A DNA stretch of 64,000 nucleotides from Vitrella brassicaformis CCMP3155 (Eukaryota; Protista; Chromerida), in NCBI GenBank assembly GCA_001179505.1, contig CDMY01000821.1, positions 124,001 through 188,000 on the forward strand, given 5' to 3'. The position numbers were made by a program, and so were the translations under genes. The notes under the pieces were generated by a model, which did no database searches, was not told the DNA's origin, and was given only the letters and a program-made list of their open reading frames with translations. Of the stretch, positions 1 to 12,160 are shown in pieces (the first letter of the stretch is position 1; the number at the start of each line of letters is the position of its first letter).

Positions 1-24
1 TGACTTCATCACTCAGCCGCTCAC

Positions 25-2755
25 CTAACGCTGGGCTCTCCGCATCTTCTTGTCTCAATGGGCAGGGTAAGCGTTCCCTGCGTGCTGTTGGCGCCTGCCT
101 CTTCAAAAGCAAGCGGCAAGCCACTTGTCTTATTCGTGCTGTCGGCTTCTGCCGGCGGCGGCATCGGCGATGGTTCCCTCTCTGTGCAGTTTCCGCCCTC
201 GTCCGCCGGCGTTTCATGGAATGATTCCTCTCGGCTGGGTGACTGTTCCATCTCGGGAACGGCTCGCGGCACAGGCTGGCCGAACTCGTCGATCAGACTG
301 ACACGTTTCCTGCCCCCGCCCATCTCGGTCACCTCCGGGACGTCTGGCGACGATGGAGCATAGGTGTAAGCCGTCGGTCTCGGCGCCACTTTTCTCCTGA
401 AGAGCTGAGGGCCGCCCTCCGCGAGATCACGGATCCTCTCAGGCTGTGAAGTCAGCCAGAAGCCGCGAATGACTGAACGTTTCTCGTCCTCTGTGCTGTC
501 CCTGCGTCGCGAGCCGTGGGACGGTGGCTTCAGGTTGTTTGTGTCGCTTGGAGGCGTCGACGCGGGATCATAGATGGTGAAGCAGATGGGGTTGAGAAGA
601 ATCGCAGCCCGTGTCGCTGCGATACCATCGCTCTGTGGGTATTCGAGCGCGAAGAGGATCGAGTGTGTCTCTTCATAGAACATCGAGACGACATCGTGGA
701 AATCAAAGCCCTCCCACGGCGCTGTCAGCGGGGCCACCACCAGCTGCATCGTCCGGCCGAGGTAATACGCATACGTCCAGTCGCTTGGCATCTCCAGAGC
801 GATTTCTTCCTCCGAAAGAGCCCCAGTGGTCCCCACGGCCGAGCCACGCACAAGCAGATTATGGATAAAGGCGCAGAGTCCCCTGCATAAGACTGACTTT
901 GCCAGAAGAGCTGCTTTGTAGGCCTCGATTACAATCACGATGTCTCCTTCCCTGCATCAGCACGGAACGAGACATGATCAATTCAGAGGTCGTGAATATG
1001 TTTCGGGTGTCTCGATCTCACCCTTTCAGGACGCCGAATAGGTGCCGCCTCCTGCTCTCCCAGTGGTAGAGCTGTAAGCATATGCGCACTGAGTCGATCC
1101 GATGGCGCAAGAAATAAGTCTTGAGCGCCAAAGCCTTGACAATGTTGCGATCATCCTCCTTCTGCAGGTCGGCCGTGGTGCTGCACGCGAAGCAAGGGAC
1201 AAGTATGACATGGATGTATGGATTACTCACTGACCGATTGGCACACAAGACGACAGCTCGACAATGAGGGCTGTACACTTGTGCTCTGAGACAAGACCAC
1301 ACACTCGATCCATTCGTTCGGCGGAGGGCGGCCATGCACCATGACTAGCCGTCCAGACTGACCTATTCAGATCGGCGTCGTCCATAATGTTCCCCTCAAG
1401 GTAGGTCAGCATGCTCTGATAGGTCGCGGACCTGTACACGCAGGCACACGAGACACATATACTGAGAATGTAAAAAGGAAGCGCTACCTCATAATGCGTT
1501 CAATCGGGTAAGGTGGGTGAGAGTTTTGTATTAAGACAACATGAGCCTGCAGAATCAATTACACCGTTCAATTATCATGCCATGCACTTTCCACGTCTTC
1601 TCTGTTTCTCTTCTCTGTCAGGATGAATGCTGCAATCGGACCTGCACGGGCTGCAGTTGCGATCGAAGCAGCTGGGAAAGGAACGTCAGTAAGTTGTGAG
1701 CCCCAACATTAGATCCCGCCAGCACGAAATGAAACTGGTCCCCCTGCGGGTGGAATTGACGACTCGCATGTCCTCCTCCATGCATCTTCAGAATGCGAAT
1801 CATCTCATTGGTCTGCTCTCACGCCATTGAAGCGCAATGACGCCATACAGTGGAGACACGGATGGGTACTTTCTTTTGCAGCTCACTTGCACTGGAATGA
1901 GAAGCAATGACACAACGATGAATGCACAAATGGCAATTCGGCCTATATCCGTCACAGGCGCAATGTCACTCCCATAGCCAACTGTCGTCTGCACACCACA
2001 CACACATACATACAAACACGAACAGAAGTACTTCCTGCTGGATGCCTTTCAAGCAGCTGACCAAAGTGATAATGATAAAATAGCACATGTCATGAAATTC
2101 CCAGTCAAGAGCATCCCTCTCCACCGCCTGCATGGCTCCAGCAGCGATGTAGATGAGTGCGACGATAGTCAATACGATCTTCATGGACTGCCGTGTCAGC
2201 TCAGACTGGACGTACGAGAAGATACGCGCCAGGCGGAGAATGCGGAGGACGCGCGCCGTCATGAAAAGCTCTACCCAGTACGTCCCTTGCAGGTCCGATG
2301 TGGCGTAGCGCTGGCGAGGGGGACTCAGGACGATGGCCAGCTCTGCAAACGAGGGAAGGATCGTAATGACGTCCAACCACGTGCTGAAAGACGACCAATG
2401 CCGCCTTCTGTCGGTTGCCAGAACAAAACGAATGACAAGATCAAAGACGAAGTAGCCACCAAGAGCAAGATCCAGCAGAAAGAGAGCCTGATCACACACA
2501 TGGCATTCGTGGTGGGGGAAGCCCCTATAAGGGTTCAGGACTCCCTCACGCTCTCACCTCCGAGTTCACATAGGTGCTGATGACGTAGAGGACGCAAGTA
2601 ATACACGAAACGGTCGCGTTGAGGGCATCAACTGGCAGTATGAGCAGGGCCTTGTTGAATGTTGCGAAAGCCGCTGTCTCCTCAGCCTCGGACGCCGCAT
2701 CCTCATCGTTTGATGGGCTGAAGCTGGGATCCACCGGAGAGTCCTGAGCATCCAT
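25..2755 (-). CDS. Ca2+-activated (BK/Slo-like) potassium channel, multi-exon, 3' end runs off the left edge
   Basis: Spliced exons give S1-S6 helices, an S4-like RVLRILRLAR segment, pore HDMCYFIIITL/TTVGYGSDIAP, and RCK-type segments (LEGNIMDDADLNR, DDRNIVKALALKTY, YKAALLAKSVLCRGLCAFIHNLL). A GTGAG donor at about position 24 suggests continuation beyond the window. Confidence 0.9.
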
Positions 2756-2981
2756 GATGATGGGCTGGCCTCACAGAACGTCAGGCTGGAGCCACCACGA
2801 CGGGCTCATGAGACAAAGTATGAGCCAATTTGTCACCAGCGGTAGGCCATCGATGATTCATTGCGGAGGGATGGTGGCAAAGGCCATTGCATTGTAGGAG
2901 AGGACGGAGCTGAGGGTCTCTTGGATCGGGGGAAAACAGGCCCACAGCTCGCACGGTGGCTCGCACGATTCCCGTATTTCG

Positions 2982-5082
2982 ATGCGTAGGGGGTTGGGAA
3001 AGCCGCCAGCTGGCGAGCCGGCGAAAAAGAAACAAAAGGCATCTTCACCAGCTGCTGCCTCGTCGGCAGCGCCCATGTCTTTGCCGCGCCTCTGGGGGGA
3101 CCGCATTCGTGTCGTTCGCCCCTCTCCGTCGCTCACGCCGCCCCAGATCATTGGCCGTCTCGCTGACTTCGCCCAACAGCCGCCGACCAGTAGTGCCGCA
3201 TCGCCGACCAGCAGTGCCGCATCGCAAGGGTCTTACGTCCTGTATTGGATGCAAACGGCTGTTCGAGGACACGAGAATCCTGCGCTCGATGTCGCCTGGA
3301 TGGCGGCACGACAGTTGGGCCTGTCGCTAGTCATCTGTTCGTGTCTACTGGCGGGACATCCTCATGCAAACGACCGACGGTAAGATCTGAGCCTCACAAG
3401 CCTCAAAGCATCAACCCACCACTCGTTCGTTGTGCTACTATGTGTGTGACCAGGTGGTCATTCCTGCTTGAGGGCCTGCGCGACGCCGGTGACGAGTTGG
3501 AGAGGCGTGGAGGAGCCCTCTTCCTCCACATCCAGCGCTCGGGCGGTTCGCCCGCCCACTCATGGCAGGGGATGCTGTCGCTCGCCCGCGGCGCCACCCT
3601 CACAGTGACGGAGGACATGCCAGTCGAACCGCACAGGGGCTGGACATTGGCCATCACAGAGGCGCTCAACAGCCGCCAGCAAGAGCACGACAGCGGTGTG
3701 ATCGACCTTACGGACGAGCGCGACACCGTCGGCTCATCTGGCGGGGGCCTCTGGGCGGTCGACACAGCGTGTGTGGTGCCGTGCATCCAAGTGGGCCGGG
3801 CCTACGAGCGTGCATTCGCGTTCAGATCGGCGACGGCCGGCTATCGGTCGGCAGCCATGGGGATGCTTCAGCGGTACAATAAGTTCGACGGCATTGGGCT
3901 GGGCGATGTGACGCTGAGTGAGGGGCAGGTGGGGTGGATGGATGGCTGGGACGTCATCAAGGCCAACTCACAGACACTCAGCAGCATAGCTGAAATCGTA
4001 GCAGACACGCCTGTTGATCACACGGTCAGCACAATGACACACAGACATGCAGCCTGCAGGTATCTCTTTGTTTGCGTGTGTCATCCATCCATCATATTCA
4101 GGTGCCCCCTTCCCCTTCGCTGAGCGGTGGCGCTGCGGGCTACGCCCAGTGGGAGGTGTTCAAGAGCTCAGGACGGCTGAAGAATTACGCCAAGACGCGG
4201 AACGACATCCTCACTCCGGATGGCGTGTCGAGACTCAGTCCTTATCATCACTGGGGCATGGTGAGAACGACCATAGAATGGGCAGAGGGATATATGCCAC
4301 AGAGGATCCATCCATCCATGTATCCATCCATCCATCCATTTGTGTCTTCATACCCTGCCTGCTTGTGTAGGTGTCTCCCTTCCGCATCGCGCGTGAGGGC
4401 GCGGCCGTCTACAAGTTTCAGGATGAGTTCCTGGTCTGGCGGGAGCTGGCCTACAGCTTCTGCCACTACCGGTATCCCCAGCACTCAACGCTCGATGGGG
4501 TACCCAAGTGGGCGCGTGACACGCTGCAGCAGCACGCGGCAGATGCACGCGAGGCGCTGCCGTTGGCGCAGCTGGAGGGGGCGTCGACCGGCGATCCTGT
4601 GTGGGACGCTGCGCAGCGGTGCCTCAACAGACACGGAGAGCTGCACAACAACATCAGGTCAGATGTGCGCAGTGAGTCAGGCACAACAAACCATGCAAAT
4701 GCTGTCAACGTTATGTGTTTGCAGGATGACTTGGGCGAAGGCGATTCTGAGGTGGGCACCGACGCCCGGCGATGCGCTGCAGTGGGCCATCCATCTCAAC
4801 CACAAATACGCCCTCGACGGATGCGACCCATGCTCATACGCCGGCATCCTCTGGTGCTTCGGACAGGTGCGACAGACATACAACCACTGAAAACACAAAT
4901 CAGTCGTAAGTCTACTTGGACTGTGTATGTCTGTGATTCAGTTCGATGGCCCCAAGTCACCGGAGCGGCCCATTTTTGGCCGTGTGCGCGGAAGGCCGAC
5001 CAGCATCCACAACGCCAAGCTTGCCGGCTACCGGCGCATTGTGGATCGGGACACGTATGGGGCGGCCAGGCGGACCCCGTGA
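2982..5082 (+). CDS. Class II CPD DNA photolyase, multi-exon
   Basis: Motifs YVLYWMQTAVRGHENPAL, SRLSPYHHWGMV/SPFRIARE, KFQDEFLVWRELA, TGDPVWDAAQ, GELHNNIR/MTWAKAILRW and KYALDGCDPCSYAGILWCFG are typical of the class II photolyase FAD domain. Stop TGA at 5080-5082 after splicing. Confidence 0.92.
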
Positions 5083-5688
5083 AGTAAGCGAGCAACCGGG
5101 CGGCCGGGCCAGACGTAGACAGACAGATAGGGTGTGTGCCGGCTCTCTCAGTGGATGAAGTGGGCCAGATCAGTCAGTCTGCAGTCATGACATGGGGATG
5201 AAATGCCGTCATTGAGGGGGATGTGCGAACTTTCCTGCCTGCCCTCCTGGGTGCACGAGAGGCCGTGTGTCCCCTTGCTGACCGGATTGCACCCCCATGG
5301 CATCACCGCACCGCACACGAGATGAGATGAGTCATATGCATATTTATCTTTCCTTCGCGCAGACTGCGGTGGAAAGGCAGATGGGATGGATGGGTGTCTG
5401 TAGTGTTCTGTTGATACGTGCGAGAGTGTACATATGGCAGGCAACTCACCAGCAAAGCTGGCAGTCCAGCGAAGCTGGCAGTGCCAAGACACGCAGGGCA
5501 GGAAGCCATTACGATTCAAGTACGTTTCAGTGCAAATATCAGTCGTAGCTAATATCATATATGCTCCCATGTCGTGAAGTCAAGAGAAGTTTCCTGACGT
5601 CGACAGGCACTTCAGATCTCATCCCTCTCTCACAGATACCCATTCCCTCCCCTCCCCTCTCCAGTGTTCGTTCCAGTGGGTGAGTGAG

Positions 5689-6286
5689 TCAGTAGAGTGC
5701 GACAGGCAGCTCTCCCTTGAAGTATCCCTCTTCCCGCTTGGGCGACCCAACCTTGGTCTGCAGCTCACCAGCCGTGTACAGCTTGAGCAAGTCGTCGTGG
5801 TCACCCACCCACTGCCCGTCCTTCATCAACATCGGACCTCTTCGACGCCGGCTGGACAGGCAGACAGACAAGAGGTATGACACAATCCGTCAGTGCCCAT
5901 GTGATGTGTGTCGGCATCTGACTATACCTGGAAGTGATAGCATATCCGAGAAGGGCTGGGTGCTGCGTGACATCGATGGCCATAAGAGGCACGGCCTGCA
6001 CCTGGGTGAGCATCTTGACCACGTTGAGGCTCAGCTCACTGCGCGGGGCGTCTGGTGTGCCCTCCATGAAGAGCACCAGTGCATTGTCGCGTGTGGTCCT
6101 GGCCATCTCCTGGTCCACTGCCGCCTTGTTGGTCTGGTACTCCTTGAGCGCCACGTCGGCGTACTTATCGTACAGGGCGGCAGCTGACGCCAGCAAAGGA
6201 TGGGTCGACAAAGAGCGGGAGAATTTGGCAGATCCAGCTCCAGCCTGGCGCACTGAGCAACGTAATGCGCTCCTCAACCCCAGCAT
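5689..6286 (-). CDS. Mitochondrial monothiol-glutaredoxin (Grx5)-fold protein lacking the active-site Cys
   Basis: Arg/Ser-rich presequence MLGLRSALRCSVRQ. LVLFMEGTPDAPRSELSLNVVKML aligns with Grx5 VVLFMKGTPxxPQCGFS. C-terminal PMLMKDGQWVGDHDDLLKLYTAGEL. Two exons. Confidence 0.82.
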
Positions 6287-6319
6287 CTTGCAGCGGGGAT
6301 TTTTGGCGAGCTCCCCACG

Positions 6320-6329
6320 AAACCCTAAA
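6320..6329 (+). promoter_or_regulatory. Telo-box-like motif AAACCCTAAA in a bidirectional promoter
   Basis: Lies in the 103-bp spacer between the divergent Grx-like and CNT start codons. A second copy (reverse strand) is at 10916-10925 in another divergent spacer. Confidence 0.35.
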
Positions 6330-6389
6330 GCATTCCGTGAAACTGCTCGGGTCGGAAACCTGAACCTTTTGTTGGGACCGGCAAGACGG

Positions 6390-6968
6390 ATGAGTTCAAC
6401 ACCGAAAACAGACGTCCCTGCTGACCTCGAGGCTCAGGACTCGCAGGACAGCAAGGAGAGCATCAAGAAGCTGGAGCAGGCCTCACCCAGGAAGATCTCT
6501 CCAGCTGCCGACAGTTATGAGGCAGATCCCGAGGACGGACGTGAGGACGGCAGCACAGAGGAGCTGGTCAAGGCAAAGCCATCGCCCTCACACCGGTTGC
6601 TGCGGCGGGTCTTCACCATTATCCTCATATGGGCTCTCATTGCCTACTCTATCGCTGTAAGCCAAGCCAGCTCAAGCAACAATGCAGTGCACACACACCC
6701 AGCACAGCACGCCATTGTGTGTTGGTGATGGATGGACTTCAGGCGTACGTCATATCATGGCCATCGCCGAATGCGACGGCGCTGCTGGTGATGGAGTGCG
6801 TGGCCATGTTCATCTTTTTGTGTTCGTACATCGGCCGTCGGCACTCGAAGGAGATCACGGCCTTCCTGTCGAGCACTGAGCAATTCTTTTATGACATGGG
6901 GAGAAAGACTGCATTCAAGGCAAGCTAGCTACTGCACTGGGCGGTGCATGAGCGGCATGGAGTTGGCG

Positions 6969-7005
<37 letters not shown>

Positions 7006-8966
7006 TGTGTGCAGGTGATAGTGATTGTTGTTCTCGCTGCTGCCATCTTGGCCATCGTGCTTTATGAAGTCTGGGGTAGGCTGGCATTTGATAATCCGTC
7101 CGTCGATCCATGTGTGTGTTGATGCTACATCGTGTGTTTGCAGGTGAGTTCGAGCGACTGATCTCTGCGTGTGGACTGGTCTTCTTCATCGCCGCCGGAT
7201 ATCTGTTTAGCTGGAAAAGGAAACACGTCAACTGGTCAGCCAGCCCCCCAGCCAGACAGATAGCTATCTGTGACGCTGCTCCACGCCAATCTCTCTCTTC
7301 TGTTGGCCCCCTGTGTGTGGTGGCTGCGTGTTGCGTGCAGGCGTCCGGTGGTGTGGGGGTTCCTGCTGCAGTTTGTGTTCGCCTATATCATCCTGCAGAC
7401 GGACTGGGGCCGATCAGCGTTCACCTTCCTGGGCGAGCAGGTCACGGCCTTCCTCAACTACTCACAAGCGGGGGCTGAGTTCCTGTTTGGGTACCTGAGC
7501 AAGCCGCTGGAGATCTCACCCGACCTCACCCTCTTCGCACCGTTCGCCTTCTTCGTGCTGCCGCTCATCATCTTTTTCTCGGCTGTGACGTTCATTCTTT
7601 ATTATCTGGGGGTGCTCCAGGCAGTTATCGAAGTCATCGCACGGGTGAGCGAGACGGAGGGAGGGACGGCAGCGCACAGGCCTTCGTGTGTGTCTATTGT
7701 ATTGTCCTGTGTTGTGTTGTGTGCGAGCGGACTTAGGTCATGGCGCTGACGATGGGGACGTCTGCGAGTGAGTCGCTCAATGCAGCTGGTAACATATTCA
7801 TCGGTCAGACTGAGGCACCGCTGCTCGTCCGGCCGTTCTTGAAGGACATGACAATGTCAGAACTCCACGCCGTCATGGTGAGCTGAGCGGGGTGGGGGGG
7901 GGTCTGCCTGCCGACCGAATGGTCGACAGATAAATAGATGTGCATTTATTTGATGCTTGGTTCCATAATTCAAGACTGGAGGATTCAGCACGATCGCGGG
8001 CAGTGTGTTGGGAGCCTACATCTCCTTCGGCGTGCCGGCGGAACACCTCTTGGCTGCCTCCATCATGAGTGCCCCAGCAGCCCTCGCCCTCAGCAAGTTG
8101 ATCTACCCCGAGACAGAGGAGAGCAAGACCAAAAGCACGGCGGACAAGCCCATCGAGGTGGCGCCCGACGAGGCCTCCAATGTCATAGAAGCTGCGACCA
8201 ACGGAACGACAGTTGCCGTCACGCTCGTGGCCAACATCGCCGCCATGCTGATCGCCTTCCTGGCTATCCTGGCTGCACTGAACAATTGGGTGGGGTTCTT
8301 TGGGAGGCTCGTGGGGTGGGAGGAGGCCTCCTTCGACCGGCTTGTTGGGTATCTCATGTACCCCGTGGCTTGCATTATGGTACCGTGGGGGCGTCCAGTC
8401 CAGCAACCACACACAGAGGCAGAGGATAGGATGCCTGTCGTGACACGTGTCGGCTGTGTGTTTGTGTGTTCAGGGGGTGCCCTTAGTCGATTGCGAGAGA
8501 GTTGGGTATTTGATCGGCATCAAGGTGTTCGCGAATGAGTTCGTGGCCTACCTCAAACTCGCCGAGTTCATTACTGCGGGCAACCTCACAAAGCGCGCTG
8601 AGGTCATCGCCACGTACGCCCTCTGCGGCTTCAGCAACTTTGCATCACTGGGCGTACAGGTACCTAGGAAGGCAGGCACATATGTGTGAGTGGAATGCAT
8701 GATTGTGTGGTGTCCATTCGATGCAGGTTGGCGGGCTGAGTCCGATGGCGCCCAATCGCAAGAAAGACCTCACGACACTGGTCAGTCAGTCGACAGGGAG
8801 AGGGTATGGTGTGTAGTGGATGGTTGGTCTGCGGCTGGTGTCATGTCATCCCGTGTGTAACTGTGACTCTGTGTGTGTGTGTGTGTGTGTGCAGGTGTTC
8901 AGTGCCATGATCGGTGGCAACATGGCCTGCTTTATGACTGCATGCATCGCCGGCTTCTTCTCATGA
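6390..8966 (+). CDS. Concentrative Na+/H+:nucleoside cotransporter (CNT/SLC28/NupC family), multi-exon
   Basis: [92 protein letters not shown] and [14 protein letters not shown] are hallmark SLC28 segments. Confidence 0.95.
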
Positions 8967-10211
8967 TAATGTTAATAATGCATGGGCATGGACGCACTTA
9001 ACGCTCCCTCGTCGGTCTTTTTGCCTCTCTGGCTGTTCGTCCCTCTCTGTGGAAGAGTGTGTCTGTGTTGCCCTGTCTGTCCACCTGTTTGTCAGGTGCG
9101 CTTCTGTTTTTTTGCGGAAGCGATCAGGGAGGGGTCATGTTGTCATTCACTATAGCGGGGCATGGATTGTACGAGTGGTGTGGCACATACATCTTCCTGT
9201 CTCCCCCTCTCTGTATCTGTCTCTGTCTCTGTATGTCTTCGTGTGTGGTGAGCCTGATTTGTGCAGATGAGCCACTGTAGCGTTATCTGTCTATCTGCCT
9301 GTGTTGTCGACGAGCACGTGATTGTCTGCTCCCTCCATCAACTCGCTGTGGTGAATGTGCGGCGGCAAGCCCGTCAGAGGGTCTGCCCGTCGACCGTTCG
9401 CCGCTGCTGTGGGTACGGAGGGACAGAGGCGGGCTCTATCGAATCGACAGCTCTGGAGGAAAGGCGAGGGCTTTGTCATACAAGTAAAGTGTACGTGTAT
9501 ACTGAGTGAGTGCCAGAGAAGAAAGATGTCAGGGAGATCGACGACATAACGCTGGCTGCGTGACGTGACGCTTGCAGAGCTGCGCTCATGTGATGTGGTT
9601 GGTGTCTACATGCGCGTGTCCACACACACATGCGCAGAGACATGATTCCGTATGTGTGTGTTGTGGAGAAGAGACACGCAGTTCGTTCAACAGGCAGATC
9701 CGCGGCCAGTCCGGCATTCAATGTCATTGCATTGTATGCATGTCAGACAAACGAAAAAGGGAGCACACAGTAGACAGATCTACGCTGCATGGCAAGAAAT
9801 GGACTGGACAATACACACACACACACACACACACACACGAGAGAGAGAGAGAGAGAGACTCACGGCACCGCATCAGAATCGGCTACAGAAAATGGAGTGC
9901 CGCAATTTACGAGAAAAACACATTGCAGGCGCCGGGCAGTGTCAAGCCGGAGGCGACATTTAAAGCCAATGGCGTGTGTCTGTATTTGGGTGGAAGATGC
10001 ATGCTTCATACTTTGCACTGCTTGACAGGGACAGAGAGACACGACGAACGCCTTTACGAAAACTCGAGGTCCAAAATGCGCATTGAAGGACCAATGCAGT
10101 GTACTCCGAGAAAGGCAACGTGGTCCACCAGCATGGACACACGGACATAACCACGATATGTCATGTGCGTCTCAAAGCGCTTGACGCAATCGCTTGACTC
10201 AATCGCAACCG

Positions 10212-10817
10212 CTACATAGCCGCTTCGTCGCTTTTCGGTAATACGGTGACATGCAGCTGTCTGTCGAGTTTGTACCGGTACTTGTAGTCACCGTCAGGGT
10301 ACTTCAGCAACCGAGGCAGCACATAACCATACTCCAGCACCACCTGCCCCTCCTTTAATGCCACAAAGCGTCGCTTCTCGGTGCCCATCATGCCGTAGCC
10401 CAGGGAAGGGGGGCCGACAGGGACGCGGGATGTGGTGCGATAGATGTCGTCTTCGATGAGGACGCCGGTCGGCTGGGAGGAAGACGATGACGGGGAACCA
10501 GAAGCAGGGTGGGTCTCGAAGATCCACTGGTAACCTGAATGTCGACGACACAACAAATTGAGGGGCTGTCGACTGTTGTCGACTGACAATCCTGTCTCAC
10601 CGGTCTGTGGATTGCTCTTTCGGTCAAAAACAAGTGCATCCCCAACGCACATCTCGACAGCCGGTTTCTCCTCTCCCTCCTCAATGATGATCTCTCGCCC
10701 CGTGTGCTGTTGGTGGACGCGCTGCTGCTCTTTGAAAGCATCGAACGCCGCGGTTCGCACGTCAGTGAGTGACTGAGGAGCTCTCATATCGTCACCAGTC
10801 GCCTTCTCCTCGTTCAT
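10212..10817 (-). CDS. Chagasin-family (I42) inhibitor of cysteine peptidases
   Basis: Removing an in-frame 66-nt GT..AG intron (10535-10600) restores SNPQTGYQW (chagasin NPTTGYxW). This is followed by the G-rich loop LGYGMMG and strands RRFVALKEG..LEYGYVLP..LHVTV. Alternative start at 10835. Confidence 0.75.
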   Translation of the reverse strand: MNEEKATGDDMRAPQSLTDVRTAAFDAFKEQQRVHQQHTGREIIIEEGEEKPAVEMCVGDALVFDRKSNPQTGETGLSVDNSRQPLNLLCRRHSGYQWIFETHPASGSPSSSSSQPTGVLIEDDIYRTTSRVPVGPPSLGYGMMGTEKRRFVALKEGQVVLEYGYVLPRLLKYPDGDYKYRYKLDRQLHVTVLPKSDEAAM

Positions 10818-10994
10818 GTCGTGTCGCAGCCGCACCAGATCTCACACTGAGCTGATGGAGATCACAGTGGCATCGTTTCCGGCAGCAGCGCCTCGGTCAA
10901 GATTTGGCTGGGGTCTAGGGTTTAGCTCGCATAGAAAAGTGGAAAGGGGAAGCAGTGTGTCGCTGAAGATAGATTCCTTGCCGTGGTTGGATTG

Positions 10995-11959
10995 ATGGAA
11001 GAGGCCAGTCTGCTGGCCATTCATGACAAGGCCAAGAAGGACAAGGCCAAGAGGGGCAAACGCGGAGGCCTTGGAAACGTCGCGGGGAACGCCACACAGC
11101 AGCACCACAAAGTGCCAAGCAGGTGCATACGCACCCTCACACACACTCGCACCCACATACCACACCGGTCATTTGTCTGTGCCTGCTCCCTGCCTGTCTG
11201 TCTACCTACCTGTCTGCCTGCCTGCCTGCCTGCCTGTATCCTGTCTGTCTGCAGACATACGCCCCTGCACCTGTCGTTTGTCAAGTCCAGCAAGAAGCAT
11301 GAGTCCCTGCACCCCACCAAAGTGGAGATCATCGGCCACGAGGACGAGCACGAGCACAAGGAGGAGGAAGAGGACGCCAATGCCCAGGCAGAGCAGCACA
11401 AGGAAGAGGAGGAGGAGCCCCCCATGACTGCGAGGGCGAAGTGGAAGCGGCAGTCTGACGGCGAACAGAAGTGGACGGTCGACGCGAAGAAGGCAAAGAA
11501 GATGGAGTGCCTCACTGTCCATGTAAGTATGGGCGTAAGAGTGTTTACTCAGTCAGTCAGTCAATCAGTCGGTCAGTCAGTCACACACGCAGGACGCATG
11601 GGTCAATGCATGTGTGTGCGTGCCTGCCTGCCTGCCTGTCTGCCTGTCTGCAGACGTCTATGTCAGCTGTCAAGCTCTCTGCCGTGCTCGACTCCCACGT
11701 GCCATCAGATGAGTCACTTGTGGCGACCATCGTCACCGCACACGGACCTGCAAAACGAGCGGACATCGTGACACAGTCGAGCCAGGGCGACTACGTGAGT
11801 GTGAGGAACTGTACTGTGCACCACCTGAGCGGAAGCTGGTCGTCTGGCGTGCTGTATGCTGCCCTGGAGGATGACAGCGGGTGTGCGCATGTGGGGTTGG
11901 CTAAGAGGAAGACACTGAGGGTGAAGGATGGCTTCCAGATGACTCTTGTCAGACACTGA
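10995..11959 (+). CDS. Hypothetical protein (Lys/Glu-rich N-half, beta-rich C-terminal domain), 3 exons
   Basis: Three exons joined by canonical introns (MEEASLLAIHDK.., RHTPLHLSFVK.., TSMSAVKLSAVLDSH..MTLVRH*). No family recognised. Confidence 0.6.
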
Positions 11960-12160
11960 GTGAGTTAGTTACACATCTATGGACATCCGTCCAGAGGATG
12001 GGCACTGATGGACAAGGAGTGGAGGACACACACGCATCGCATTGCATCGCATCTATAGAGATGCAATATTGCATTGAATGAGCGAATCAATCGTTCACGC
12101 CTCTGCAGACAGTCAGGACATGCACGTACGCTACGCGCAACGCAAACAGGTATCAATCAG

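Noticed and set aside
9572-10150. 192-aa plus-strand ORF
   Set aside because: It runs through (CA)n(GA)n microsatellites and has no domain or coherent splice model.
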